A stretch of 64,000 bases of DNA from Nitrosopumilus sp. (GTDB taxonomy: Archaea; Thermoproteota; Nitrososphaeria; Nitrososphaerales; Nitrosopumilaceae). Below, in pieces: positions 1 through 8,244 of the stretch; position 1 is the first letter of the stretch; the number at the start of each line of letters is the position of its first letter. Both the position numbers and the translations under genes were made by a program. The notes under the pieces were generated by a model. It did no database searches and had not been told where the DNA came from. It was given only the letters and a program-made list of their open reading frames with translations. Location: the NCBI GenBank assembly GCA_965219345.1, contig OZ244732.1:480001-544000 (forward strand). The letters are read 5' to 3'.

Positions 1-2
1 AC

Positions 3-308
3 AAGAGAAATTATGATGACTTTAAGAAACAAATTCCAAATTCAGTAGTACCTCTTTTTGATTCAATCAGAGAATTTTGCTTCTCTTTGGGAGAAAATGT
101 AGTAGAGGATGTTAGAATGCATAGAGTAGTTTTTTGTAAATCAATGACATTCAGATGGTTTGCAGATGTAGAACCCAATAAAGAAGGAGTCATCATCAAA
201 GTTCAGAAAAACCGAAAAGAAGCTGTACAAATTATTCAGATAAAAAAAGACCAACAAATTTCAGAGTTTAGTCAGATGATTAAAGAGGCATTTGAAGGGA
301 TTCATTAA
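3..308 (+). CDS. Hypothetical protein, 5'-partial (frame open from the window start)
   Basis: Frame of ORF 87..308 has no stop back to position 3 (KRNYDDFKKQIPNSVVPLFDSIREFCFSLGENVVEDVRMHRVVF...). Confidence 0.6.
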   Translation, partial: KRNYDDFKKQIPNSVVPLFDSIREFCFSLGENVVEDVRMHRVVFCKSMTFRWFADVEPNKEGVIIKVQKNRKEAVQIIQIKKDQQISEFSQMIKEAFEGIH

Positions 309-583
309 TACAAAACATCAAATTTTGTAAATTCGCCAGAAAATTTTTCGTTACGTATCTCCACATCTTCAACTCTGGCATTAGCGGGTCCACCATGTGA
401 CCATTCAACAAGTCTACTAATTTTTTCTTCATCTCCTTCTAAAACAGCCTCAACACGACCGTCTTTGAGATTTTTAACCCATCCAAAAATATCATTTTTC
501 TTTGCCATCACTTTTAGTGCCTGACGAAAAAATACACCTTGTACTTTACCAGTTACAATTATTCTAATTCGTTGATTTGACAT
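305..583 (-). CDS. acyP: Acylphosphatase
   Basis: GKVQGVFFR and GWVKNLKDGRVE signature motifs, 92 aa. Confidence 0.95.
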   Translation of the reverse strand: MSNQRIRIIVTGKVQGVFFRQALKVMAKKNDIFGWVKNLKDGRVEAVLEGDEEKISRLVEWSHGGPANARVEDVEIRNEKFSGEFTKFDVLY

Positions 584-632
584 CCAAGTTTTATTTCAGT
601 GAGTTATTAATCAATTTTAGGTTAAAAGAAAA

Positions 633-1367
633 CTACTTTCTTTCTTTAATTCTAGCTCTACCAGTCTTTCTGGCAGCAATGCTACCTACCTTTGCGCCAG
701 GAGGTGCATCTCTTGAAACAGTTGAGCTTTGTCCGACGTGTTGATGACGGCCACCACCATGTGGGTGCACATAAGCGGCCTGAGCGACACCTCTAACGAT
801 TGGATATTTCTTTCCTTTAGCTCTGAAACTTCTCCATGTATTACCTGCACTCATCAATGGTCTTTCACCTGATCCTCCTCCAGCAAGAGTACCAATCATG
901 GCTCTGTTTTTTGGATTAAGAGTAGTAAATTTTCCGGAAGGAAGTTTAACAGTGACACCTTCATCACCATGAGAAAAAACAGTTGCATCAGTACCTGCAG
1001 ATTTCACTATGGCGCCACCATCTCCAAAGTGCTTTTCAATGTTACACACAATTGTTCCATCAGGAATGTTTTGAACACTGATGACGTTACCTTTTTCAAT
1101 TTTTGATTTTAATCCAAATTGTAAAGTTGTACCCACTTTAGTTCCGAGTACTGCAGGAACATATGAAACAGATCCGTCCTCAAATCTGATTTTAGCTAAT
1201 GGAGCCTCTCTTCCACGTTCATGAACCAGATCAATAATTTCACCGTCATGTTGTTCTGATAATGAAAAACGAGGATAATTTGCCTTGGATCCTACTTTTC
1301 CAGTAGCTGTAGATCTAAATTGATGTCCTCCACGGCCGCGTCGTCTAACTAATGGTCTCTTACCCAA
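633..1367 (-). CDS. rpl2: 50S ribosomal protein L2 (uL2), archaeal type
   Basis: MGKR..RRRGRG N-terminus; VRGVA..HPHGGG and PPGAKVGSIAARKTG motifs. Confidence 0.97.
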   Translation of the reverse strand: MGKRPLVRRRGRGGHQFRSTATGKVGSKANYPRFSLSEQHDGEIIDLVHERGREAPLAKIRFEDGSVSYVPAVLGTKVGTTLQFGLKSKIEKGNVISVQNIPDGTIVCNIEKHFGDGGAIVKSAGTDATVFSHGDEGVTVKLPSGKFTTLNPKNRAMIGTLAGGGSGERPLMSAGNTWRSFRAKGKKYPIVRGVAQAAYVHPHGGGRHQHVGQSSTVSRDAPPGAKVGSIAARKTGRARIKERK

Positions 1368-1471
1368 GTTGATCGTTTCCTATGCACAGATGATTTTAAG
1401 CTTGTGATTGTTCTTGGTTGTTTATGAAAATTACCACAAAGGTATAAAAATTAGAAAAATGGGTTTTCTGT

Positions 1472-3658
1472 ATGAGTCAAAATGCTCTTTCCCTCAAAGT
1501 ACTTGAAGCATACACAAGAGATGTTGGAAGAGGAGTGGCAAGAATTGATTATGATTCCATGGATACACTAAATGCCTCTACTGGAGATGTTATAGAGATT
1601 AAAGGAAAGAGAAGAACAGTTGCAAAATGTCTTCCATTATATCCATCCGATGAAGGAAAAGGAATTATCAGAATTGATGGACTCGGTAGAAATAATTCAG
1701 GAATTGCTATTGGAGATACAATTTCTGTAAGAAAGATAAAGGCAGTAGCTGCAGAAAAAATAGTGGTTGCACCATTAGAAGCAATTCCTCCAATTGATGA
1801 AAGATATCTTGCAGATGCCTTAGAAAGTGTTCCTTTGATTAAAGGAGATAATGTAATGGTTCCATATTTTGGTGGACGTTTAACTTTTCAAGTTATAGGA
1901 GTAACGCCAGCAGCTGATGCAGTTTTAGTTATTCAAAAAACTGTTTTTCACATTGCAGAAAAAGGGGAGACATTACGTGGAGTTCCACAAGTCACATATG
2001 AAGACATTGGAGGTTTAACAGATGAGATAAAAAAAGTTAGAGAAATGATTGAACTTCCATTAAGACACCCAGAAATTTTTGAAAAGTTAGGAATTGAAGC
2101 ACCAAAAGGCGTCTTATTGTATGGTCCACCCGGAACAGGTAAAACATTACTTGCAAAAGCAGTAGCAAATGAAAGTAATGCACACTTCATCAGTATTTCA
2201 GGTCCTGAAATTATGAGTAAGTTTTATGGAGAAAGTGAAGCAAGGCTAAGAGAAATTTTCAAAGAAGCAAGAGAAAAATCTCCATCAATAATTTTTGTTG
2301 ATGAAATTGACTCCATTGCACCAAAAAGGGAAGAAGTTACAGGCGAAGTTGAAAGAAGAGTTGTTTCTCAAATGCTATCATTAATGGACGGATTAGAGGC
2401 AAGAGGTAAAGTCATTGTCATTTCTGCAACAAATAGACCAAATGCAATTGATCCTGCACTTAGAAGACCAGGTAGATTTGATAGAGAAATCGAGATTAAA
2501 GTTCCAGACAAAAAAGGAAGAAAGGACATACTTTCGATTCACAGTAGAAATATGCCATTAACAGATGACGTCAATATAGAGAAACTTGCAGGAGTAAGCC
2601 ACGGATATGTTGGTGCAGATTTGGAATATCTTTGTAAAGAAGCTGCAATGAAATGTTTGAGAAGGTTGCTACCTATTCTTAATTTAGAAGAAGAAAAACT
2701 CCCTCCAGAGACATTGGATAAACTAGTTGTAAATCAGGAGGATTTTTCAAAAGCATTGGTTGAAGTAATTCCATCTGGAATGAGAGAAGTTTTCATTGAA
2801 AATCCAGATATCAAATGGGATCAAGTCGGAGGTTTAGATGAAGTCAAACGAGAGTTACAAGAAGCTGTTGAATGGCCAATGAAGTATCCGGGCCTTTATG
2901 ATAAACTAGGACACAAAATGCCAAGAGGCATCTTACTTCACGGTCCAAGTGGTACAGGTAAAACATTACTTGCAAAAGCAGTTGCTACAGAAAGTGAAGC
3001 AAACTTTGTTTCAGTAAGAGGTCCTGAACTTCTATCAAAATGGGTTGGTGAGTCTGAAAGAGGCATAAGGGAAATTTTCAAACGAGCACGTCAATCTGCT
3101 CCATGTGTTATATTCTTTGATGAGATTGACTCCATTGCACCAATCCGAGGAGCAGGAGGAGAAACTGCAGTAAGTGAAAGAGTTGTTAGTCAATTACTTA
3201 CAGAACTAGATGGAATGGAAAATATGCATGGTGTTGTAGTTTTGGCCGCAACAAACAGGGCAGATATGATCGATCCTGCATTGTTAAGGCCAGGAAGATT
3301 TGATAAGATTATCCAGATTCCACTTCCAGACAAAGAAAGCAGAAAGAGTATCTTGAAAATTACTACTGAAGAAATACCAACAATTACTGAAAAAGATAAT
3401 CTCGGAAGCGTTGATTTTGATAAACTTGCTGAACTAACTGATGGACTTAGTGGCGCAGACGTAGCAGCTATTGCAAATACTGCAGTTTCTTTAGTTATTC
3501 ATGAATTCTTAGACAAGCATCCAGATGTCAAAGATGTTGAGAAGCAGAGCATAGATGCCAAAGTAACTATGGAACACTTTGAAAGATCAGTAAAGAAAGT
3601 CAGGGAACAAAAAGAACTAAAGTTAGGCGAAAAACTAGTAGCTTCCTATTACAGGTAG
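1472..3658 (+). CDS. cdc48: CDC48/VAT family AAA+ ATPase
   Basis: N-domain [11 protein letters not shown]; two AAA modules with [20 protein letters not shown] Walker B and [11 protein letters not shown]. Confidence 0.97.
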   Translation: MSQNALSLKVLEAYTRDVGRGVARIDYDSMDTLNASTGDVIEIKGKRRTVAKCLPLYPSDEGKGIIRIDGLGRNNSGIAIGDTISVRKIKAVAAEKIVVAPLEAIPPIDERYLADALESVPLIKGDNVMVPYFGGRLTFQVIGVTPAADAVLVIQKTVFHIAEKGETLRGVPQVTYEDIGGLTDEIKKVREMIELPLRHPEIFEKLGIEAPKGVLLYGPPGTGKTLLAKAVANESNAHFISISGPEIMSKFYGESEARLREIFKEAREKSPSIIFVDEIDSIAPKREEVTGEVERRVVSQMLSLMDGLEARGKVIVISATNRPNAIDPALRRPGRFDREIEIKVPDKKGRKDILSIHSRNMPLTDDVNIEKLAGVSHGYVGADLEYLCKEAAMKCLRRLLPILNLEEEKLPPETLDKLVVNQEDFSKALVEVIPSGMREVFIENPDIKWDQVGGLDEVKRELQEAVEWPMKYPGLYDKLGHKMPRGILLHGPSGTGKTLLAKAVATESEANFVSVRGPELLSKWVGESERGIREIFKRARQSAPCVIFFDEIDSIAPIRGAGGETAVSERVVSQLLTELDGMENMHGVVVLAATNRADMIDPALLRPGRFDKIIQIPLPDKESRKSILKITTEEIPTITEKDNLGSVDFDKLAELTDGLSGADVAAIANTAVSLVIHEFLDKHPDVKDVEKQSIDAKVTMEHFERSVKKVREQKELKLGEKLVASYYR

Positions 3659-3830
3659 TTTTAATAAAATACTAGGTTTTTAGTGCCTAATATAGCATAG
3701 TCCAAAATCCCATATGGAAATAGATGTAGAAGATGACATGACTGGTATTATTAATTGCATTAATACCACATAACTTCACAGACGTTATACGAAATCTTTT
3801 CTATATCCTGTGATGTATTGTTACTATTGG

Positions 3831-3954
3831 GCCTGAGAGTCGAAGGGTTACTGCCATGTACAAGGGCGTTTGACAGACTGACTCAAAGCGAGCGGAAAAC
3901 AAAATACCACACACAGATGATGATGGTGAATGGGAGCATTCCGCTTTATCAGGC
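3831..3954 (+). ncRNA. Putative IS110 bridge (guide) RNA
   Basis: Hand-folded stems GCCTGA/TCAGGC, GAGTC/GACTC, GCC/GGC, AGCGGAA/TTCCGCT and ACCA/TGGT give two stem-loops with large internal loops; loop sequences match the IS flanks and right end. Confidence 0.7.
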
Positions 3955-3969
3955 AATTTGATCAGAAAG

Positions 3970-3976
3970 GAGGTGA
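3970..3976 (+). promoter_or_regulatory. Shine-Dalgarno sequence of the IS110 transposase
   Basis: GAGGTGA (within AAAGGAGGTGA) just upstream of ATG 3981. Confidence 0.7.
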
Positions 3977-3980
3977 TAAC

Positions 3981-5048
3981 ATGATCAGCATAGGAATTGA
4001 CGTTCATAAGAAAAACTGCGTTGCAACAATAAAAAAAGATACTAGAAAAAAGCTAGAACAGTCAAGCTTTGAGAACATCACACATGGAATGATGGGTTTT
4101 ATCAAACACATCAAAAAGACATATGGTAAAGACATACAGGCTGCGTGTGAATCAACTGCCAACTATTGGATTAGACTGCATGACACATTAGAGGATAACG
4201 GCATTGACACCGTTCTTGCACACCCTGCAAAGACCAAATAATAGCACAGGCAAAACTCAAAAACGACAAGCTTGATTCAGACGTATTGGCGGACCTGCTA
4301 AGATCGGACATGATGGTGTATGAGTCATTTGTGCCAGAAAAATACTACCGGGATCTGCGGTCTGGCAAGAACAAGACTGAATCGTGTACAAAGTGTCTCA
4401 AAACACAAAAACATGATTTATGCAATACTTGCAAAATACGATTACACCCAACCGACAATAAAGACCTTCTCACAGAAAGGAACGGATGGCTGCATGAAAT
4501 CAATCTGACCGAAGTTGACAGGATGGCAATGGATGCATATCTTGAAAATATCAATATGAATCAAAAACAGACTGGCACATTTGAGACAAAAATTGCTACA
4601 ATTAGCAACGAGGATGAAAGAACAAGGTTAGTCATGACAATCCCTGGAATAAGCTGTGTCACGGCACTGACAATAATCTCAGAGATAGTTGACATTAACG
4701 GATTTGCAACAGCAGAGAAACTCGTCTCATGCGGGACTTGCACCATCGCACAGGGACTGGGAAAACACAAAAAGGAGGCGGAATAACAAAACGGGGTTCT
4801 GCATGGTTGCGCAATGCAATGGTAGAGGCTGCAAATACTACGATACGATTTGATCCAAGGATGGAATCATTTTACTTGAGAATTGCAAAAAGGAGAGGAA
4901 AACAAAAGGCAAGGATAGTAGCTGCTGCAAGGCAGATGCCTGAGATAATTGGTACATGCTAACAAACATGGAAGAATACCGCACACAGAATCATGAGCTG
5001 ACGCAAAGAAAGTACAAGAAGATGCAAGACAAATCAGAGATGTCCTGA
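3981..5048 (+). pseudogene. IS110-family DEDD transposase/recombinase, multiply frameshifted
   Basis: GIDVHK, CEST and KNDKLD (RuvC-like DEDD); TIPGI..TALTIISEI, AGLAP and ITKRGSAWLRNAMVEAA; pieces lie in different frames (shifts near 4238, 4360, 4480, 4730-4770, 4950). Confidence 0.92.
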
Positions 5049-5133
5049 TTCAGCAAAGCACACTGAGAATGGCCCGCAGTAGGATAAGAGACGATTTCGT
5101 ATGGGAGAACCCTTGACCGATATGATTATTTAT

Positions 5134-5145
5134 CCCCCCCCCCCC
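5134..5145 (+). repeat. Poly-C homopolymer (C12) between a TATA-like box and the likely start codon
   Basis: TTATTTAT (5126-5133) directly followed by 12 C; GTG at 5158. Confidence 0.85.
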
Positions 5146-5157
5146 GTATATCCTTTA

Positions 5158-7371
5158 GTGACATTAAAAGAGAGAGACGGCATTGCAGTAATCCTAATGA
5201 TTGCAGCGATAACAGCAATGACTGCAAGCAGCGTGACAGACAATGAATCAAACAAGGCAGCATACTATACATTTGCCGATACAACTGGCAGCAGAGACGA
5301 CATTCCTGCTCCTCCGTCCTTTGACGGCTCCTTCTCATTAAGTTCCCAAACCGAATTCCCGCAAGGCCTGGCCTTCTCTGGTAACGGAATGAAGATGTTT
5401 ATTGTAGACGATGAAAGCGATGACATAAACGGATACGCATTATCCACCGCCTTTGACGTATCGACTGCCGATTTCTTTGGAAACAGTGTAGTAAAGTTTC
5501 AGGACAAAAGCCCAACCGACGTGGCCTTCTCTGACGACGGAATGAAGATGTTTGTCTTAGGTGATAACGGCAATGCCGTATACCAGTACGCGCTATTCTC
5601 CAGCTTTGGCCTTGCACCTTTCAAAGAGTTTGTTGACTCCTTCTCAGTAGGTTCACAAGACACATCCCCGCAAGGCCTGGCCTTCTCTGGTAACGGAATG
5701 AAGATGTTTGTTGTCGGCACCCAAAATAATGCCGTATACCAGTACACATTAGCCACCGCCTTTGACGTATCGAATGTCACCGACGTATCGGATGTCTCCT
5801 ATGACATCGCCTTCTCAGTAAATTCACAAGACGGAAACCCGCAAGGCGTGGCCTTCTCTGACGACGGAATGAAGATGTTTATCGTAGGTGATGACAGCGA
5901 TGCCGTATACCAGTACACATTATCCACCGCCTTTGACGTATCGACTGCCGCCTACGATAACAAGTCATTTTCAGTGGCATCACAAGACACATCCCCGCAA
6001 GGCCTGGCCTTCTCTGGTAACGGAATGAAGATGTTTGTTGTCGGCACCCAGAATGATGCCGTATACCAGTACGCGCTATCAGAGTCATTTACGTTATCCC
6101 CACCGCCAGGATCAGATGCGTCTGGCCAGTCAGAAGATGCTATGGTGAATGTTCTTCCAACACTGAGATACGATGTCGGGTATGGTACGATTGCCCGTGA
6201 ACTGTCCCTAGTAACAGAGGATCGTGTTCATCCCACATATCATAATGCCATCAACCTTAGACAACCCGGCAGTGACAATCCCTGGATTGCCGTGTTTCCC
6301 GATCCCCTGACTACCGCAGAGGGCGGCAGTCTTGTGGCATCCGGAGATCCCATATTACCATACGACTATCATGATCTTGGCAATCAGGTACCTGCCATAA
6401 CCTGTGCTACGGATGACTTTGGCCACGACCCCACAATGCTTGCCGAATTTGACTACATCCCCAGTGCCACATATACGGGCACCGACACGTTTGACATTGT
6501 CATAAAAGAGTTCACCTATGCCGGTAATGCCGGGAATGCGACCTGTGTTGCTACCGGGGCAACCGAGACCATACCCGTAGAGATTACGGTAGGTGAAAAA
6601 CCAGCTGTAACGCTTAGGGATGACTTTACAAAGTTCTCCAACAGTTCCGGCGTAGTCGTGCTTGAGCGTATTGCAGACCTGACTGGTTTGCAACCTGCCG
6701 GTGATGGCTTCTTCGACTTCCAGGTTCCATTTCCCTCCTTTGATCCCCCTGTAAGTAATGCAATAGTTGGATTTGACCTTCCTGAGACGACAGATGACGG
6801 ATCAGCCATAACCTTCGACGAGGATACTGGAGACCATATCATCAGAGGCGTGTTTAGTGATGACTTCTTTTCATACGATACGACTGTCAGTCTGCCTTAC
6901 GGTACCGTTGTTGCAAACGGCACTATCGTAGAGTCCCTAAACGAGATTGCATCAAAAACAATTGACGTCACGCTGGATTCCTCCAACGCTGAGACTCCCA
7001 CATGCTCAGCTAGGGTATCCGGTGATCTGGACTTTGGCATTCTGGCATATGGCGATACTTCGGATGCAAAGCCACTTGCAATTAGTAATACTGGCACTGC
7101 CTATGTTGATGTGGAAGTATCTGCAACTGGCTGGCTGGACAGTGATGATATCACAATCATGGGTGTGGGGCAGACAAGGTACTCTGGTAGTCCAAACGAT
7201 GCATACGCGGATAGAACCCCAGTGTCTGAAACTGACGCTACTTTTGTAAGTAATTTGGAACCTAGCTATGGTACTTCCCAATATCTGCAGATTCAAATTG
7301 GTGACATCAGCCCGAACTTTACAGGCCAGCTGACGCAGACCATAACTACGACTGCAACCTGCAATAGCTAG
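5158..7371 (+). CDS. Secreted/surface protein with five beta-propeller-like repeats and a probable C-terminal Ig-like domain
   Basis: ORF track 5101..7371, but ATG 5101 lies in the IS end; GTG 5158 gives signal-like MTLKERDGIAVILMIAAITAMTA; repeats PQGLAFSGNGMKMF/VAFSDDGMKMF..VYQY.L.TAFDVST; acidic, Thr-rich. Confidence 0.8.
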   Translation: MTLKERDGIAVILMIAAITAMTASSVTDNESNKAAYYTFADTTGSRDDIPAPPSFDGSFSLSSQTEFPQGLAFSGNGMKMFIVDDESDDINGYALSTAFDVSTADFFGNSVVKFQDKSPTDVAFSDDGMKMFVLGDNGNAVYQYALFSSFGLAPFKEFVDSFSVGSQDTSPQGLAFSGNGMKMFVVGTQNNAVYQYTLATAFDVSNVTDVSDVSYDIAFSVNSQDGNPQGVAFSDDGMKMFIVGDDSDAVYQYTLSTAFDVSTAAYDNKSFSVASQDTSPQGLAFSGNGMKMFVVGTQNDAVYQYALSESFTLSPPPGSDASGQSEDAMVNVLPTLRYDVGYGTIARELSLVTEDRVHPTYHNAINLRQPGSDNPWIAVFPDPLTTAEGGSLVASGDPILPYDYHDLGNQVPAITCATDDFGHDPTMLAEFDYIPSATYTGTDTFDIVIKEFTYAGNAGNATCVATGATETIPVEITVGEKPAVTLRDDFTKFSNSSGVVVLERIADLTGLQPAGDGFFDFQVPFPSFDPPVSNAIVGFDLPETTDDGSAITFDEDTGDHIIRGVFSDDFFSYDTTVSLPYGTVVANGTIVESLNEIASKTIDVTLDSSNAETPTCSARVSGDLDFGILAYGDTSDAKPLAISNTGTAYVDVEVSATGWLDSDDITIMGVGQTRYSGSPNDAYADRTPVSETDATFVSNLEPSYGTSQYLQIQIGDISPNFTGQLTQTITTTATCNS
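5359..6075 (+). repeat. Intragenic near-identical repeats, alternating A-B-A-B-A
   Basis: CCGCAAGGCCTGGCCTTCTCTGGTAACGGAATGAAGATGTTT at ~5359, ~5668, ~5995; GTGGCCTTCTCTGACGACGGAATGAAGATGTTT at ~5521, ~5848. Confidence 0.9.
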
Positions 7372-7488
7372 CCCTTTTTCTTTTGTAAAAATCCGTCACT
7401 ATGAATTAAAAGAGATGCCGGCTGCGTAGCTATTGTCTTTGGTATCATAATGCATTGGCCTTCACTGCTACTACTACACAGTACAGTG

Positions 7489-7605
7489 ATGATATCTCCA
7501 TTGGATGAAAGACAGCAGCGGGGATTCCTGGCATCAAAGACCATTGGCTTGGACTTGCGTGGGATTTTGTAAGTGGAGAAAAGAATTGTCATAACAAAAT
7601 CCTAA
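7489..7605 (+). pseudogene. Possible ISAzo13-family transposase N-terminal remnant
   Basis: Reads MISPLDERQQRGFLASKTIGLDLRGIL*VEKRIVITKS, resembling the LDERQRRL..A.EA..LG.GGI N-terminal motif of ISAzo13 transposases; internal stop. Confidence 0.4.
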
Positions 7606-7843
7606 AATGGATAGATGGTGTTTCATCAAGTATTACATGTACATTCCATTGCAACGGAAATCGAAAAAGCTATTGATAAAATCATAGAAGACTTTGAAAC
7701 AAAGTATGGCAGGATCAGATGGTGTCAAGACATACCTTGATGAGATACCTTGATAATTGCCAAAACTTTTGAATCTCAAGAATGTTGATATTTTCACTGT
7801 TAAAGACACAGGATCTGATAACTTTGTGTGATCTGCTCAGGAT

Positions 7844-8068
7844 TCAAAAATCAAGATCTTGTACCAATTTTCGTCTTCTCTTTTTGTATTTCCTAATCTC
7901 ACTTTGAATTCTTTTCTTTGAATGCCCCAGATTTTTGAGAGCCAGAACCACATAGACAGGATTAGAATCTCTTTTGGCTTCTCTTTTGATAATTTCAGAA
8001 AATATGAAATTATAATCTAGTGGATCAGAACTGCCAAAGTTATTCATGCAGTATGTAAAGAGTAACAA
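7844..8068 (-). CDS. Small basic hypothetical protein, possibly a fragment of a frameshifted gene
   Basis: 74-aa ORF; an upstream frame reads as a hydrophobic segment ending at a T-run; no family recognised. Confidence 0.3.
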   Translation of the reverse strand: MLLFTYCMNNFGSSDPLDYNFIFSEIIKREAKRDSNPVYVVLALKNLGHSKKRIQSEIRKYKKRRRKLVQDLDF

Positions 8069-8244
8069 TAAAAAAAGATGCCAATTCCCATAATTGATGC
8101 CTTTTTACCTAAATAACCCAGGCGGAATTTGAGCTCAATTATGTCCAAAACTATTGTAGATTACGTACAAACAACCCATCATAGTCCAAATTGTCAAACA
8201 TAATTCTTATATCTTTAATAAAATAACAAACCTAATTCTCGTAA

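Larger units (their letters stand above)
3782..5107 (+). mobile_element. IS110-family insertion sequence (decayed), about 1.33 kb, between AG core dinucleotides
   Basis: IS110 transposase remnant; sub-terminal inverted repeat ATACGAAATC (3787-3796) / GATTTCGTAT (5093-5102) with imperfect inward extension; AG at 3780-3781 and 5106-5107. Confidence 0.8.

Noticed and set aside
3801-4007. 68-aa minus-strand ORF in the IS left end, and the 3930 start for the transposase
   Set aside because: Both overlap the structured non-coding region; the Shine-Dalgarno sequence supports ATG 3981
5101-5157. ATG 5101 as the start of the 756-aa protein
   Set aside because: It lies within the IS right end and would put the TATA-like box and poly-C inside the CDS ahead of the signal peptide
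5359-6075. Diversity-generating retroelement template/variable repeat pair
   Set aside because: Repeats are in-frame structural blades, differences are not adenine-specific, and no reverse transcriptase is present
7368-7592. 74-aa minus-strand ORF
   Set aside because: No recognisable motif; the opposite strand looks more like a transposase remnant
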